In this document: one piece after another, positions 1 through 10,516 of the stretch | Numbering within the stretch: position 1 is the first letter of the stretch | Layout of the letters: each line of letters begins with the position of its first letter | NCBI GenBank assembly: GCA_964252035.1 | Contig: OZ176203.1 | DNA from: Podarcis erhardii | Lineage: Eukaryota | DNA: 64,000 nucleotides | Direction: 5' to 3' (one strand) | The notes under the pieces: model-generated | Seen by the model: only the letters and a program-made list of their open reading frames with translations | Told to the model about the DNA's origin: nothing | The model's database searches: none | Translations under genes and position numbers: made by a program

Positions 1-66
1 TACCTAGGGACAGAGAAATGAGTTGTGTTCTTGGTGAGAGCACAGAATCCCACCTCTCCCGTTCTA

Positions 67-420
67 GGTAAAGGTAAAGGGACCCCTGACCATTAGGTCC
101 AGTCGTGACCGACTCTGGGGTTGCGGCGCTCATCTCGCTTTATTGGCCGAGGGAACCGGCGTACAGCTTCCGGGTCATGTGGCCAGCATGACTAAGCCGC
201 TTCTGGCGAACCAGAGCAGCACACAGAAACACCGTTTACCTTCCCGCCGGAGCAGTACCTATTTATCTACTTGCACTTTGACGTGCTTTCAAACTGCTAG
301 GTTGGCAGGAGCAGGGACCTGAGCAACGGGAGCTCACCCCATCGCAGGGATTCGAACCGCCAACCTTCTGATCAGCAAGCGCTAGGCTCTGTGGTTTAAC
401 CCACAGCACCACCTGTGTCC
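67..420 (-). mobile_element. Sauria-type SINE
   Basis: (ACCTTT)n tail on the minus strand; body GGTCATGTGGCCAGCATGAC; tRNA-like head; near-identical to the copies at 3246, 10164 and 42852. Confidence 0.9.
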
Positions 421-763
421 CTAACCTCCCATTCTAGTAACCCCTGAATTTTCTGTTCCACTGCCATTTTCTTCAAAGCAGTTTTGCATCTGACAGCAAT
501 CCCTCCCAACCCAGTCTCTAGCACTAGCTCAGGGGCAGCACTTATTTCCACTTCTGAAACAAAGAGTTCACAGGGAAGAGAGGGATCATGTGGGAAGCAT
601 GTACTAACCACAAGGCTCCTAGGGTTTGTTGGGGAATTTCTCACATGGTTTGCCCCTCCTGTTTTTATATATTACAGGAGTAGTATGGGGTGAATCATCT
701 GGAGGCTCTATCCATACTACCAAGATGCCATACTAATCCTTTTCCCAGCTGATGTTGATTGCT

Positions 764-957
764 GGTCATAGTTTAGTGGTAGAACTCAGTGGCAGAGCAC
801 GAACTCTGCATGCAAAAGGTCCCAGGTTCAAGCCTCAGCATCTCCACATATGTCTCGAAAAGACTCTTGTCCGTAAACCCTGGGCAGTCAGTGTCAATAG
901 TACTAAACTAGATAGACCAATAGTCTGACTCAGTTCAAGGCAACTTCCTATGTTTCT
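764..957 (+). mobile_element. tRNA-derived SINE (degenerate)
   Basis: A/B-box-like head (CTCAGTGGCAGAGC...GGTTCAAGCC), tail GTCTGACTCAGTTCAAGGCAACTTCCTATGTT; related copies near 22060-22170 (-), 53670-53822 (-) and 57350-57510 (+). Confidence 0.65.
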
Positions 958-1170
958 GAATGTTTCGAGTGTTACAGGCTCAGAATCAATAAGAGCATAA
1001 GTCCATTGAACTTGCGTGACATAATTGTTTTGAATTTGGAAAATAATTATGTAGCTCACCCCAACTGGAATATTGCCCAGAACCAAGATAAAGTGAATAA
1101 CCTTTCAAAATTATAAATTATCTCATGCTTCAATGGTATTAAAATGGAATGAGATGCCAAAACACCCAAG

Positions 1171-1175
<5 letters not shown>

Positions 1176-1210
<35 letters not shown>
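1176..1210. repeat. (TG)n microsatellite
   Basis: Perfect TG run. Confidence 0.98.
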
Positions 1211-1212
<2 letters not shown>

Positions 1213-1588
1213 GTTAATGACTAAGAAAACCGGTCTTTGGTCTCTTTAGTGATCAGAAGCGATTTTTTTTATTGAATTCAAAAGAGCTATTAGAGTCTAT
1301 TCTCATAGGAAACAGCTGCAATCTCTCCATATTTTTCCATAGCAACTGCCCAGAGCTGACTGCATAGCTGTTCCAAGTCTATTAAGAGAATGAATTTTCA
1401 GATATCAAGAAACCTGCTTGTATCCGCCTTGCATTTGATGAGCCTACTGGATTATGCTGGGCCTTGTAAACCATCCAGGAAAAAAATAAAGTTGTGGATA
1501 TACCTGGAACCTATCACTGGAATCTGTTTCACAATTTGAACTAGCCAAGGAAATAAATCTTCAAAAGGATAAAATTCAGTAAAAATCT

Positions 1589-2838
1589 TAGAATCGAAGA
1601 ATCATAGAGTTGGAAGAGACCACAAGGGCCATCGAGTCCAACCCCCTGCCAAGCAGGAAACACCATCAGAGCACTCCTGACATATGGTTGTCAAGCCTCT
1701 GCTTAAAGACCTCCAAAGAAGGAGACTCCACCACACTCCTTGGCAGCCAATTCCACTGTCGAACAGCTCTCACTGTCAGGAAGTTCCTCCTAATGTTTAG
1801 GTGGAATCTTTTTTCTTGTAGTTTGGAACCATTGCTCCGTGTCCGCTTCTCTGGAGCAGCAGAAAACAACCTTTCTCCCTCCTCTATGTGACATCCTTTT
1901 ATATATTTGAACATGGCTATCATATCACCCCTTAACCTCCTCTTCTCCAGGCTAAACATGCCCAGCTCCCTTAGCCGTTCTTCATAAGGCATTGTTTCCA
2001 GGCCTTTGACCATTTTGGTTGCCTTCCTCTGGACACGTTCCAGTTTGTCAGTGTCCTTCTTGAACTGTGGTGCCCAGAACTGGACACAGTACTCCAGGTG
2101 AGGTCTGACCAGAGCAGAATATAGTGGCACTATTACTTCCCTTGATCTAGATGCAATACTCCTATTGATGCAGCCCAGAATTGCATTGGCTTTTTTAGCT
2201 GCCGCGTCACACTGTTGGCTCATGTCAAGTTTGTGGTCAACCAAGACTCCTAGATCCTTTTCACATGTACTGCTCTCAAGCCAGGTGTCACCCATCTTGT
2301 ATTTGTGCCTCTCATTTTTTTTTACCCAAGTACAATACTTTACATTTCTCCCTATTAAAATTCATCTTGTTTGTTTTGGCCCAGTTCTCTAATCTGTCAA
2401 GGTCATTTTGAAGTGTGACCCTGTCCTTTGGGGTGTTAGCCACCCCTCCCAGTTTGGTGTCATCTGCAAATTTGATCAGGATGCCCTTGAGTCCATCATC
2501 CAAGTCGTTGATAAAGGTGTTGAATAAGACGAGGCCCAAGACAGAACCCTGTGGCACCCCACTAGTCACTCTTCTCCAGGATGAAGAGGAACCATTGATG
2601 AGCACCCTTTGGGTTCGGTCAGACAGCCAGTTACAAATTCACTGAGTGGTAGCATAGTCAAGTCCACATTTTACCAGCTTCTTTACAAGAATATCATGGG
2701 GCACCTTGTCAAATGCCTTGCTGAAATCAAGGTAGGCTACATCCACTGCATTCCCTTCATCTACCAGGCTTGTAATTCTGTCAAAAAACGAGATCAGTTT
2801 AGTCTGACATGACTTATTTTTCAGAAATCCATGCTGAC
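1589..2838 (-). mobile_element. CR1 LINE, 5'-truncated (RT domain to 3' UTR)
   Basis: ORF2 RT motifs QHGF, YLDFSKAFDKVPH, GVPQGSVLG, FADD and C-terminal [11 protein letters not shown]; nonsense codon at 2639-2641 and +1 frameshift in the A9 run at 2315-2323; (ATTCTATG)-like tail. Confidence 0.96.
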
Positions 2839-3245
2839 TATCTTAACATTTAGAATATCTGCATTTGAAATCTGATCATTTCAGCCTTGGAATTCTAAGA
2901 TCATTTGAACAGTGGTCCACAGAGGTGATGTCAGGACTGAGTGGTGGGGAAGACGTCTACCCATTGCCAGCATAATGAGTAGGAAGCTGTCCCGCCCCCC
3001 TGCCCCACCGCCCAGGCAGCAGGGCTCATTTACCACACTGTGAAGAGATTCACATTACCATCTAAAGAGCTTCCTATTCCATAATATCAATATTGAATGT
3101 CTAAAATTTCCTGACTGTACCATTGATGGCCAACATTGCTGGAAAGTTCCAGGTGATGGATTTTGGACTGTACAAAATGATACGAGCCATAAACAAAAAA
3201 TAATAATTAAACTGATATGAACAGAGGAATCTCTATATTAGAGGA

Positions 3246-3576
3246 TAAAGGTAAAGGGACCCCTGACCATTAGGTCCAGTTGTGACCGACTCATCTCGCT
3301 TTATTGGCCGAGGGAGTCGACGTACAGCTTCCGGGTCATGTGGCCAGCATGACTAAACCACTTCTGGCGAACCAGAGCAGCGCACGGAAACGCCATTTAC
3401 CTTCCTGCCAGAGCGGCACCTATTTATCTACTTGCACTTTGACGTGCTTTCGAACTGCTAGGTTGCAGGAGCAGGGACTGAGCAACGGGAGCTCACCCCG
3501 TTGCGGGGATTCGAACTGCCGACCTTCTGATCGGCAAGTCCTAGGCTCTGTGGTTTAACCCACACCACCACCCGTG
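3246..3576 (-). mobile_element. Sauria-type SINE
   Basis: Same body as 67-420, with a small internal deletion. Confidence 0.9.
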
Positions 3577-4182
3577 TTTGATTCCAAATCTATGTACAGG
3601 CAGTAAAGCAGCATACACCATTCTTGGGAAATGCAAGTGCACGCAAAAAATGGTTTTAGTGGGCAACAGTGGAAAATAGCACCTGATATGGTGTACAAGT
3701 CCTTCCCAGGGTTGAGGTTTGGAAGTGAAGGTCAGTCTGGTTTGCAAATGTCCAAAAAGGGAGTTTGGGGGCATGCCTGGGTTTGCTTTTTGTGTGGCTA
3801 CACTAATCTTCTTCCACCATATGGGTGCTTGGCAGTAAGAGTGTTTCTCCAGGCAGGGGAGAAACTAGGCTTTGCCTGAGTCACAGTGACATAAGCGATG
3901 GGATATGGTGCACATAAACTGGACTGGTTTATGCTTGTCATTGGAAATGCACTAGAAATGGCAGCATTCTGTGAATCTTCAAATTCATTCAAACTTGCAA
4001 ATCAAATATGGAAGCCAATGTTTCTATCAATAACTATTTATTACTGGGTTAGGACCAGTTTGAATGGTTTAAATCCCCCAAAGCAGGAAATATTAAGCCT
4101 ACTGTAAATGCATTTTGTCTTACCAAAATGTGCCTTGAGTATGGAGTGTATGTTTGATCTTCTTGAGCCAGTGTGATCTTCT

Positions 4183-4434
4183 GGAGCCAGTGTGGTGTAG
4201 TGGTTAAGAACGGTAGTCTCATAATCTGGTGAACTGGGTTCGCTTCCCTGCTCCTCCACATGCAGCTGCTGGGTGACCTTGGGCCAGTCACACTTCTCTG
4301 AAGTCTCTCAGCCCCACTCACCTCACAGAGTGTTTGTTGTGGGGGAGGAAGGGAAAGGAGAATGTTAGCCGCTTTGAGACTCCTTTGGGTAGTGATAAAG
4401 CGGGATATCAAATCCAAACTCCTCTTCTTCTTCT
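4183..4434 (+). mobile_element. Squam3/MIR-like tRNA SINE
   Basis: GGAGCCAGTGTGGTGTAGTGGTTAAG head, core GGGTGACCTTGGGCCAGTCAC, tail AAAGCGGGATATCAAATCCAAAC(TTC)n. Confidence 0.8.
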
Positions 4435-5379
4435 GCATGTTTTGATACTTGCATTAAATAAAAAAATTAAAATGATACTAATAATTGGGCTCTTTGGTTC
4501 TATACTTTGTTCAGAGGACAGGAGATAGAAAGCATCTGCCTACCATTAGATAAAAGAGGAAGGATGCTTAGTTCATATTGCATTGGGAATCTATGTGGCA
4601 GTTTTCTCTTTCTTTGCTTACAGAACAACATATTGTTCCTTGATCTGGAGTCATCATTACCCAAAGAGTCCAGCTATTGCACATCCCTGGTTGATCCTCC
4701 GGTTGACCCCTATATGGTGCAAGAAGAATGACAAACAATGAATGTGGCAGACTTGGAAAATCATTTGATTGCCAAATACTGCACTAATTGCACAATATCT
4801 GCTCAGATGTAAGTCCCACTGAGGACCTTTCACATGGGTATGATTAGCTCCCTGTAGTTTATCTAATAAGCCGCTTATGTTCTTGCAGATATCTCTGTGT
4901 TTTCCTTAAGCTTTGATAGTATGTTTCTTTTCAGAAGCAGATCTATTCTTTCCCTTGAAAGTTTTGTCGCTTTCCTGGTGATTGACTGCGGTTTAGCATT
5001 AGGGCGTTTTTCACACCTGGCCTTTCAAGTCGTTCTTGTCATGCCGGCCTTCAAGCTATATTAGCCAGCATGCTCATTTGAATTACAAATGTAACTTTTC
5101 CTGCTTTCTGTTCTGCATCAACAACAATCAGATGTTCACACAAATGAACACACTTTCAAAGGCTTGAAAGGCGTTTAAGTCTCTTGTATGAAAATGCTCT
5201 TCATCTTGAGATGGGGAACTCTTATCGAGTGATGCCGGTCTAGACTCTTTCCTGCCTATATTGTTACAAAAGTTGCATGCCACCCCAACTTCTGCAGAGC
5301 GGTGCATGAGATTCCAGGGGGTTCCAGGCCTTCACCCAAGGTCAAGACACAGCAGAGACTGCAGTGCCTCTGAAATATA

Positions 5380-5616
5380 CAGTGGTACCTTGGGTTACAT
5401 ATGCTTCAGGTTACATACTCTGCTAACCCAGAAATAGTGCTTCAGGTTAAGAACTTTGCTTCAGGTTGAGAACAGAAATCGTGCTCCGGCAGCGCGGTGC
5501 AGCGGCAGCGGCAGCGGGAGGCCCCATTTGCTAAAGTGGTGCTTCAGGTTAAGAACAGTTTCAGGTTAAGTACAGACCTCTGGAACGAATTAAGTACTTA
5601 ACCCGAGGTACCACTG
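5380..5616. mobile_element. Tc1/mariner (Tigger-like) MITE
   Basis: TIRs CAGTGGTACCT.GGGTTA / TAACCCGAGGTACCACTG, TA target duplication. Confidence 0.9.
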
Positions 5617-5730
5617 TAGTTTATTAACACATAATTACACTTAGGAATAGGCAAAGTGAGTTTACAGCATTCTCAGCTCAGCAGCAGCTTGTTCTTCATA
5701 GCAGTCCAGCATTGCAGACAGAGACATTCT

Positions 5731-6231
5731 TCTTCTTTTTTTAATTAAAAAGATTTACAAAAGTGTGTGCAATGTCTCTCTCTCGTATTTCCCCCCTCCA
5801 TGTAACATTTTTACAAATCTGTATCATTTGTTGAGACATTAGGAGGAAAAGGGGGAAAGGGGTGGGGAGATGGGTGGGGGTGGGGTCGGGTGGCGATGTT
5901 TCTATTTTACTTATTATATGTGGGGTTTGGTGTCAGCATTGCTTGTGCTGTTCACTTGTGTTTCTTTGGTGGTGAGAGAGGTTGGGGTTGGCCTAGGGTG
6001 TGGTTATTCATTTGTGGTTGGCTGTGGTGGTCTTTGTTTTCATGTGTGAGTGGGTGTTTTGGATCAGATTAGCCATATTGATTTGTATGCTGTTGGTGGA
6101 TTTTTGTCGTTGTCTTGTTGTGCTGTGTATTTGATAAAGGGGAGCCATACCGGGGTGAAGGTGTCTTTTTCTATTTGTCCCCATGCCAGTTTCAGTCTAT
6201 TGGTTAATTTTTCTAGTAGGGCTGTTTCCCA
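5731..6231 (-). mobile_element. L1/Tx1-type LINE 3' fragment
   Basis: 15-bp TSD AGACAGAGACATTCT (5716-5730 and 6232-6246); ORF2-like C-terminus WETALLEKLTNRLK...FTPVWLPFIKY; A-rich tail. Confidence 0.85.
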
Positions 6232-6874
6232 AGACAGAGACATTCTAAGCACCATCCCTGCTTCCCAGCCAGCTATAATAGCTACAGCCCTTCAGCCCCC
6301 ACCTGGTATCCTCCCTTTGCTCACCTTCTCCTTCCCAGAAAACCCCTGCCAAACACAGTCCCGTCCCTTCGGCCTCAGCCATTCCAAACCTGGTGCAAAA
6401 GGCCAGATTTTCCTGTAACAGTCACACCCCTTCCTGTCACCTTGGCAACCCCTGTTTCCCCCCCAGACCCCAGGATTCCTCTTGGAAGTGATAGTGACTT
6501 CCTGTGGTTAGGCTAATTGCTCCCTGGTCCCAGGAAACTGGTCTCACCTATATTTTAGCACTTTGCTAAGTCCAACATCTGGCTCCAAGCATTTATTAAA
6601 TTTACAAACTTTGGGGAATCTGCTCACCACCTCCAGAAACCTACACCACTTTATGTATTCAGGAAGACTATGGCTGTGATACATTATAAACATAGGAGGT
6701 TAAGGAAACAATATCCCCAGGTCCTAATCTGGATCCTTGCAAATGGAGAAGATGCTGATGATAATAAACACTTCCACCGCCATCACAACTAGTTCTTAAG
6801 GAGCACTTACCCAACCTCATATTCTTACCTAAAATATTAATTAAATGTGTTTTGAATTAGTATATACTGTATAT

Positions 6875-7241
6875 TGTTGCATGCCACCCCAGTCTCTGAG
6901 CAGTGCAAGATTCCAGGGGTTCCAGGTGATTTGGGATGAGGCACAGAGCAGACTGTGGTGTCTTAATGTATATATAATATATACCTGAGCCTGCGATGGA
7001 GGGATTCCAGCATCTACACCCCAGGTGAGTCTTGCTTCTTCCTAGGCCACAGCTTCTTATTCCAGCAGAAATCCAACATGGCTCTCTCTCTCTGTCACTC
7101 CAGCCTTCCGATTCTGCATCCAGCTTTTATCTCACATAACTCCAGCCTCCACTCTGGCCTTTTGACTTTCTAACTGACAGGTCGGGGAACGGGGACCCCT
7201 TTGCCCTCTAGCACAGATCCACTCCCTTGGTTACCTTAACA
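6875..7241 (-). mobile_element. Putative LTR-like element
   Basis: TG...CA ends; shares TTGCATGCCACCCC...GATTCCAGGGG with 5273-5325. Confidence 0.35.
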
Positions 7242-10163
7242 ACCTATATTTAATATGCCAGCTACTCCAGCAATGGTGGATCCAGAAATTAGAGGGGGCG
7301 GGGCTCATGCATACAGCCTACCCCCAGCAAACTTATTACAATACAGAGCATTTGGAAACGTCTAAGGCTCACTTAAGACTGCCACCCGCTCTGTATGCAG
7401 CACAAAGATAGATTGGATGACCCAGCATTGTCTGACTCTTCTTTCAAAAATCTCTGTAATTCTATTTCAATAAAGGTTTGAAAAAAAGCTTACATTTCAT
7501 AACTCCATCTGAAATTCAGGGGATAAAAACGCTTACAAGCAATTTACAAGAAAGCAGCAGCTACTCTTTTAGTGACCCAGTCGCAAAGTATTTTTCATGA
7601 CTGGAGGGTTGTGGAGGTAAATTCATCCTGGGGTAAGAGTAAAATTATTCCAGTCACAGCAGGAATACCCAGTCAAAACCTCAATAAAGTGTGTACCAAA
7701 TAGTGTGTTCACAACAGTGAACAACACTCACAATTATAAGATTTCAGTGTGCATTAGCTGGTGTTTGGTGCCATAAACAACACAATCTGTGGTAGCATCT
7801 GTTTTTGTTTTCTGTAAACTTGCTTGGGTCACATCTGTGTCATGCTTATAGTGACCTGGAAGACATGCCATTTTAAATATTTTAATATGCATAGTTAATT
7901 TCAATTTAATTTCACTCTGTTGGCACTGCCTTAATACTGTAAGTGTGAGGACCAGTGCATCCATTGGGCAGCTTAGAATGGCGTCCAAGATGCTCAGTCT
8001 TCAGATGGCTTTTCTTCCTCTTCCTTATCTTCTTGGAATAGATGGTTTCACAGGTTTGTAATAGTAATTGCAGACCCTCATATTCAACAGCTTCAGTGGC
8101 TCCAGAGGAAGGAAGGAACCAGAGGACTCTGTGCAGCACAAATGGGACCTTCCTACAAACTGTGGTGGGAACTCAACAGTTAGAGAATTGCTTTGGAAAG
8201 AGTGACAGGCTGTTGACTGGAGCCCGATGGCAAGTATGTGATTCCCAGCTTACAGCAACTACACAAATCCAAGTGCTGGTTATGCCATATAAACAGTGGC
8301 AGACTTCAGGCTCTCAAATTTCAACAATGCCCAGTGCGATACTAAAATTTGGCACCCCTGTGTCTTGTGCTCCATTCTACAGCATTGTTGTAACATCCCC
8401 TGCAGTGTGGTGCCCAGTGTAGCCAAACTGCTTACAGTACCCCCAACCTACCTCTGCTATGAAGTCCTAAACGGCTTGGACCAGGATATCTGAAGGATCA
8501 CCTTCTCCCATACAAGCCTGACAGGGTGATGAGCACTTTTGGAGAGTCCCTTCTCTTTCTCCCAAAAACATCTGATGTGTGTGTTGGTGGGAACTTGATA
8601 CAGCATTTTCTCAGTGGCTGTGCCCAGACTTTGAAATTCCTTCGCAAAGCACCTTTCTTGATAGCCTTGGCTGTCGTTCTTTTATTTATTTATTCCAGCT
8701 GCTCTTATCTGAACTTTACATTATTTTACATTATTTTATTGTGATTTATTCTGTTGTTGCTTAATATTTATCATGCACCAGGTTTATTGTTAGCTGCCTG
8801 GGGCACTTTTTCATGAAAAAGTGGGATATAAGTGTAATAAATTCTCACTTTCTTTTGAGTGATTGACACTGGCCATCACAGTTTTTGAAATACAAGTCGC
8901 ACACCAAGTACCATTCTTGAAGCAGAGACTTACAAAATACATACTGTCATCGCATAATATACATGTAACAAAAGTAATAATATTGCAATGTTATGTGCTG
9001 TGGCAGCGGCATAGCTTCATAAATATGAGATTGGATTTGGAAAATAAGCTGGTGCCAACCAAATACGTGGAATGATAAATAGGCAAGGACCCCTACTTTC
9101 TTTAACTCAAAACAGGAACTGCTAAAGAAAGGGTAAGTGCTGCTTTGTTTTGCTTTGAATGATGAACACTTAAATTACTCTGCATTCATCTTTTCATTTT
9201 CATTTAGTTATTTTGCAGGGACTCGCTGAAGAAAGAAAATAAAATGACAACTCTGACTTTTTTAAAAAAACAACAACCACCATGAGCCAAGACATTATGA
9301 AAATACCTCGTGCATATTTACTCAAAAGTAACTCCCATGTGTGCAATGGGACTTACTCCCAAGCGAGCATGCAGTTCCCAGCCTAAATTATGACATTAAA
9401 AACAAAAGAGTAACTTCCTGTTGCATAACAATCTCTGACTTTTCCAGATTGCAACAGACGCTTCTTCTTCTGAAGAGGTAATATAGATTAACTCTGTTGA
9501 CCTCCCATAGAAGCCAAGATTTTCAGAAACTTTTTGTTTACGTTGAATAAGCCTCACATTCCCCTGTGGGTTCATTAACCAGCTTACCTCTATGGGTATA
9601 TAAATGCCCACAGATAGAGATAAATCAATACATTTCTGTCATGTCTGGCATGGTATGTGCCAAGTGTGAATAGCAAATGTATAAAGGGTATTGACTGAGG
9701 AAATGTAATTGATAAGGAGGGTTTTAAGACATATTTATATATGTATGAAGTTGGCTTATACTGAGTCAGTCAGTTGACCCATCTAGCCCAAGTGTAGGGA
9801 ACTTCAAGACCAGTTCCCAAATAACTGGCCCTCATAACCATACCCAGACCCACATCTCTTGCTGGCTCTTCTTTGCATTCAGTGTTTTCTTTTGCTGGAA
9901 AGTCTCCTTGAACTCTGTCCTACTTGCCTAGATGGAGCCTAGAGAGGCAGGTGTGTGTACAAACCATCTTAACATACAAAGCCTGCTCCGCCCATTTTTG
10001 CCCCTGGCCCTGCCCACCACTGGCACATGGCCCTCAGAAGTTTGCCTAGAAAGCAATGTGGCCCTTGGGCTAGAAAGGTTCTTCCCACCAGTGAACCGAA
10101 ACACAGACATCCTTTGACATTCACGCTTTTCTGAATTTTGCAATATGGTTTGCCAGCTAAGTA

Positions 10164-10516
10164 AAAGGTAAAGGGAGCCCTGACCATTAGGTCCAGTTGT
10201 GACCGACTCGGGGGTTGCAGTGCTCATCTTGCTTTATTGGCCAAGGGAGCCGGCATACAGCTTCTGGGTCATGTGGCCAGCATGACTAAGCCGCTTCTGG
10301 CGAACCAAAGCAGCACACGGAAACGCCGTTTACCTTCCCACCAGAGTGGTACCTATTTATCTACTTGCACTTTGATGTGCTTTCGAACTGCTGGGTTGGC
10401 AGGAGCAGGGACCGAGCAACGGGAGCTCACCCCATCTCAGGGATCCGAACCGCCAACCTTCTGATCGGCAAGTCCTAGGCTCTGTGGTTTAACCCACAGC
10501 GCCACCCTCATCCCTA
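10164..10516 (-). mobile_element. Sauria-type SINE
   Basis: Full length; TSD TTGCCAGCTA(A/C)GTA at 10150-10163 and 10517-10530. Confidence 0.92.

Larger units (their letters stand above)
5262..6577 (-). mobile_element. Putative LTR interrupted by a MITE and an L1 fragment
   Basis: TG...CA ends, minus-strand AATAAA near 5621, about 100 bp of terminal similarity to 6875-6970; no TSD found. Confidence 0.4.

Noticed and set aside
764-860. tRNA-like sequences (also 4183, 31035, 39991, 57350)
   Set aside because: They are degenerate SINE heads fused to LINE-derived tails, not intact cloverleaf tRNA genes.
3304-3558. ORFs within Sauria SINEs (also 10237-10464, 42886-43071, 43079-43354)
   Set aside because: They are chance frames in non-coding SINE sequence.
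4624-4808. Exon-like segment with a strong acceptor and a GTAAGT donor
   Set aside because: It has stops in all three frames, and the donor lies in a common short palindromic repeat motif (CTCAGATGTAAGTCCCACTGA).
7912-8139. Basic ORF (IYSKKIRKRKKSHLK) resembling a cytoplasmic tail or NLS
   Set aside because: No good acceptor, no upstream exons and no recognisable homolog.
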